A DNA stretch of 46,581 nt, from NCBI GenBank assembly GCA_032718475.1, contig JAUCBJ010007949.1, forward strand, positions 1 through 46,581. The letters run 5' to 3'. Below, in pieces: positions 45,264-46,581 of this stretch (position 1 is the first letter of the stretch; every line of letters begins with the position of its first letter). A program made the translations under genes and the position numbers. The notes below the pieces were generated by a model. That model was not told the origin of the DNA and did not search any database. It was given only the letters and a program-made list of their open reading frames with translations. The DNA comes from Nemertoderma westbladi. Lineage: Eukaryota; Animalia; Xenacoelomorpha.

Positions 45264-45588
45264 GAGTGTACTGAGCTACCAGGCCGGATGAATATTTCGT
45301 TATGGAGTGGAAGATCATATTAAGGCCATACAATCACTCAAAGTAAAGTACAACTTCCGTTATTCCCGTGCTCTGCCAGAAATGGCAACCATGCCTCAAA
45401 GAATAACTATTATACAGTGTTGTAGAAACCACTGTAACCCCGTATGCCTGGCCCAGGCTGTTAGTTAATGATAATAAGTGAATTGTTGTGGGGTGAGTGA
45501 CGCGGTGAATTAAATATATAATGTAAATAGGACAATATGATAATGCTCTCCATAGCGAAAAATATCAACCGACCCTGTTGGGGCTCGA

Positions 45589-45632
45589 ACCCGGTACCTA
45601 GGTTTCAAACTTCTGGTTATCATCAGCCGGGT
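45589..45632 (-). ncRNA. Type I hammerhead ribozyme motif, copy 3
   Basis: Identical to copy 1. Confidence 0.8.
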
Positions 45633-45957
45633 GAGTGTACTGAGCTACCAGGCCGGATGAATATTTCGTTATGGAGTGGAAGATCATATTAAGGCCATAC
45701 AATCACTCAAAGTAAAGTACAACTTCCGTTATTCCCGTGCTCTGCCAGAAATGGCAACCATGCCTCAAAGAATAACTATTATACAGTGTTGTAGAAACCA
45801 CTGTAACCCCGTATGCCTGGCCCAGGCTGTTAGTTAATGATAATAAGTGAATTGTTGTGGGGTGAGTGACGCGGTGAATTAAATATATAATGTAAATAGG
45901 ACAATATGATAATGCTCTCCATAGCGAAAAATATCAACCGACCCTGTTGGGGCTCGA

Positions 45958-46001
45958 ACCCGGTACCTAGGTTTCAAACTTCTGGTTATCATCAGCCGGG
46001 T
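45958..46001 (-). ncRNA. Type I hammerhead ribozyme motif, copy 4
   Basis: Identical to copy 1. Confidence 0.8.
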
Positions 46002-46326
46002 GAGTGTACTGAGCTACCAGGCCGGATGAATATTTCGTTATGGAGTGGAAGATCATATTAAGGCCATACAATCACTCAAAGTAAAGTACAACTTCCGTTA
46101 TTCCCGTGCTCTGCCAGAAATGGCAACCATGCCTCAAAGAATAACTATTATACAGTGTTGTAGAAACCACTGTAACCCCGTATGCCTGGCCCAGGCTGTT
46201 AGTTAATGATAATAAGTGAATTGTTGTGGGGTGAGTGACGCGGTGAATTAAATATATAATGTAAATAGGACAATATGATAATGCTCTCCATAGCGAATAA
46301 TATCAACCGACCCTGTTGGGGCTCGA

Positions 46327-46370
46327 ACCCGGTACCTAGGTTTCAAACTTCTGGTTATCATCAGCCGGGT
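46327..46370 (-). ncRNA. Type I hammerhead ribozyme motif, copy 5
   Basis: Identical to copy 1. Confidence 0.8.
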
Positions 46371-46581
46371 GAGTGTACTGAGCTACCAGGCCGGATGAAT
46401 ATTTCGTTATGGAGTGGAAGATCATATTAAGGCCATACAATCACTCAAAGTAAAGTACAACTTCCGTTATTCCCGTGCTCTGCCAGAAATGGCAACCATG
46501 CCTCAAAGAATAACTATTATACAGTGTTGTAGAAACCACTGTAACCCCGTATGCCTGGCCCAGGCTGTTAGTTAATGATAA

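Larger units (their letters stand above)
44731..46581 (-). repeat. 369-bp tandem array, at least 5 near-identical units (retrozyme-like); runs off the window end
   Basis: Units start at 44731, 45100, 45469, 45838, 46207 and 46576. Only one substitution noticed (~46298). Confidence 0.97.

Noticed and set aside
44731-46581. CRISPR array or tandem tRNA gene cluster
   Set aside because: Units are identical with no variable spacers. The tRNA-like part lacks a complete D stem and an anticodon arm.

Overview
AT-rich, repeat-dense animal (probably invertebrate) genomic DNA; the species cannot be determined from the sequence. One host gene is visible: an intronless TMEM241/SLC35D4-like transporter (5545-6495, minus strand). 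Most of the rest is nested mobile DNA. (1) A young, 18.75-kb BEL/Pao LTR retrotransposon lies at 23798-42548 (minus strand), with 1190/1189-bp near-identical LTRs, a CTCTC target-site duplication (TSD) and an intact 2694-aa gag-pol ORF. It has two unusual traits. It carries non-env cargo ORFs (a DEDDy-like 3'-5' exonuclease domain and CCHC knuckles) that fuse into one ~1407-aa protein if a single 8-bp duplication is removed. It also lacks a tRNA primer-binding site (PBS) and instead has an 11-nt site exactly complementary to a sequence in its own LTR, resembling Tf1 self-priming. (2) This element inserted into the right arm of a ~9-kb Mutator/Foldback-type element (15414-43296; ~1.4-kb terminal inverted repeats (TIRs); 9-bp TSD GTATATGGC), whose left arm preserves the empty site. 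(3) The window ends in a 369-bp tandem array. Each unit carries a type I hammerhead ribozyme motif embedded in a tRNA-like Pol III A/B-box scaffold (retrozyme-like). MITEs, LINE fragments and minisatellites fill the remainder. All calls come from reading motifs by eye; no database searches were run.
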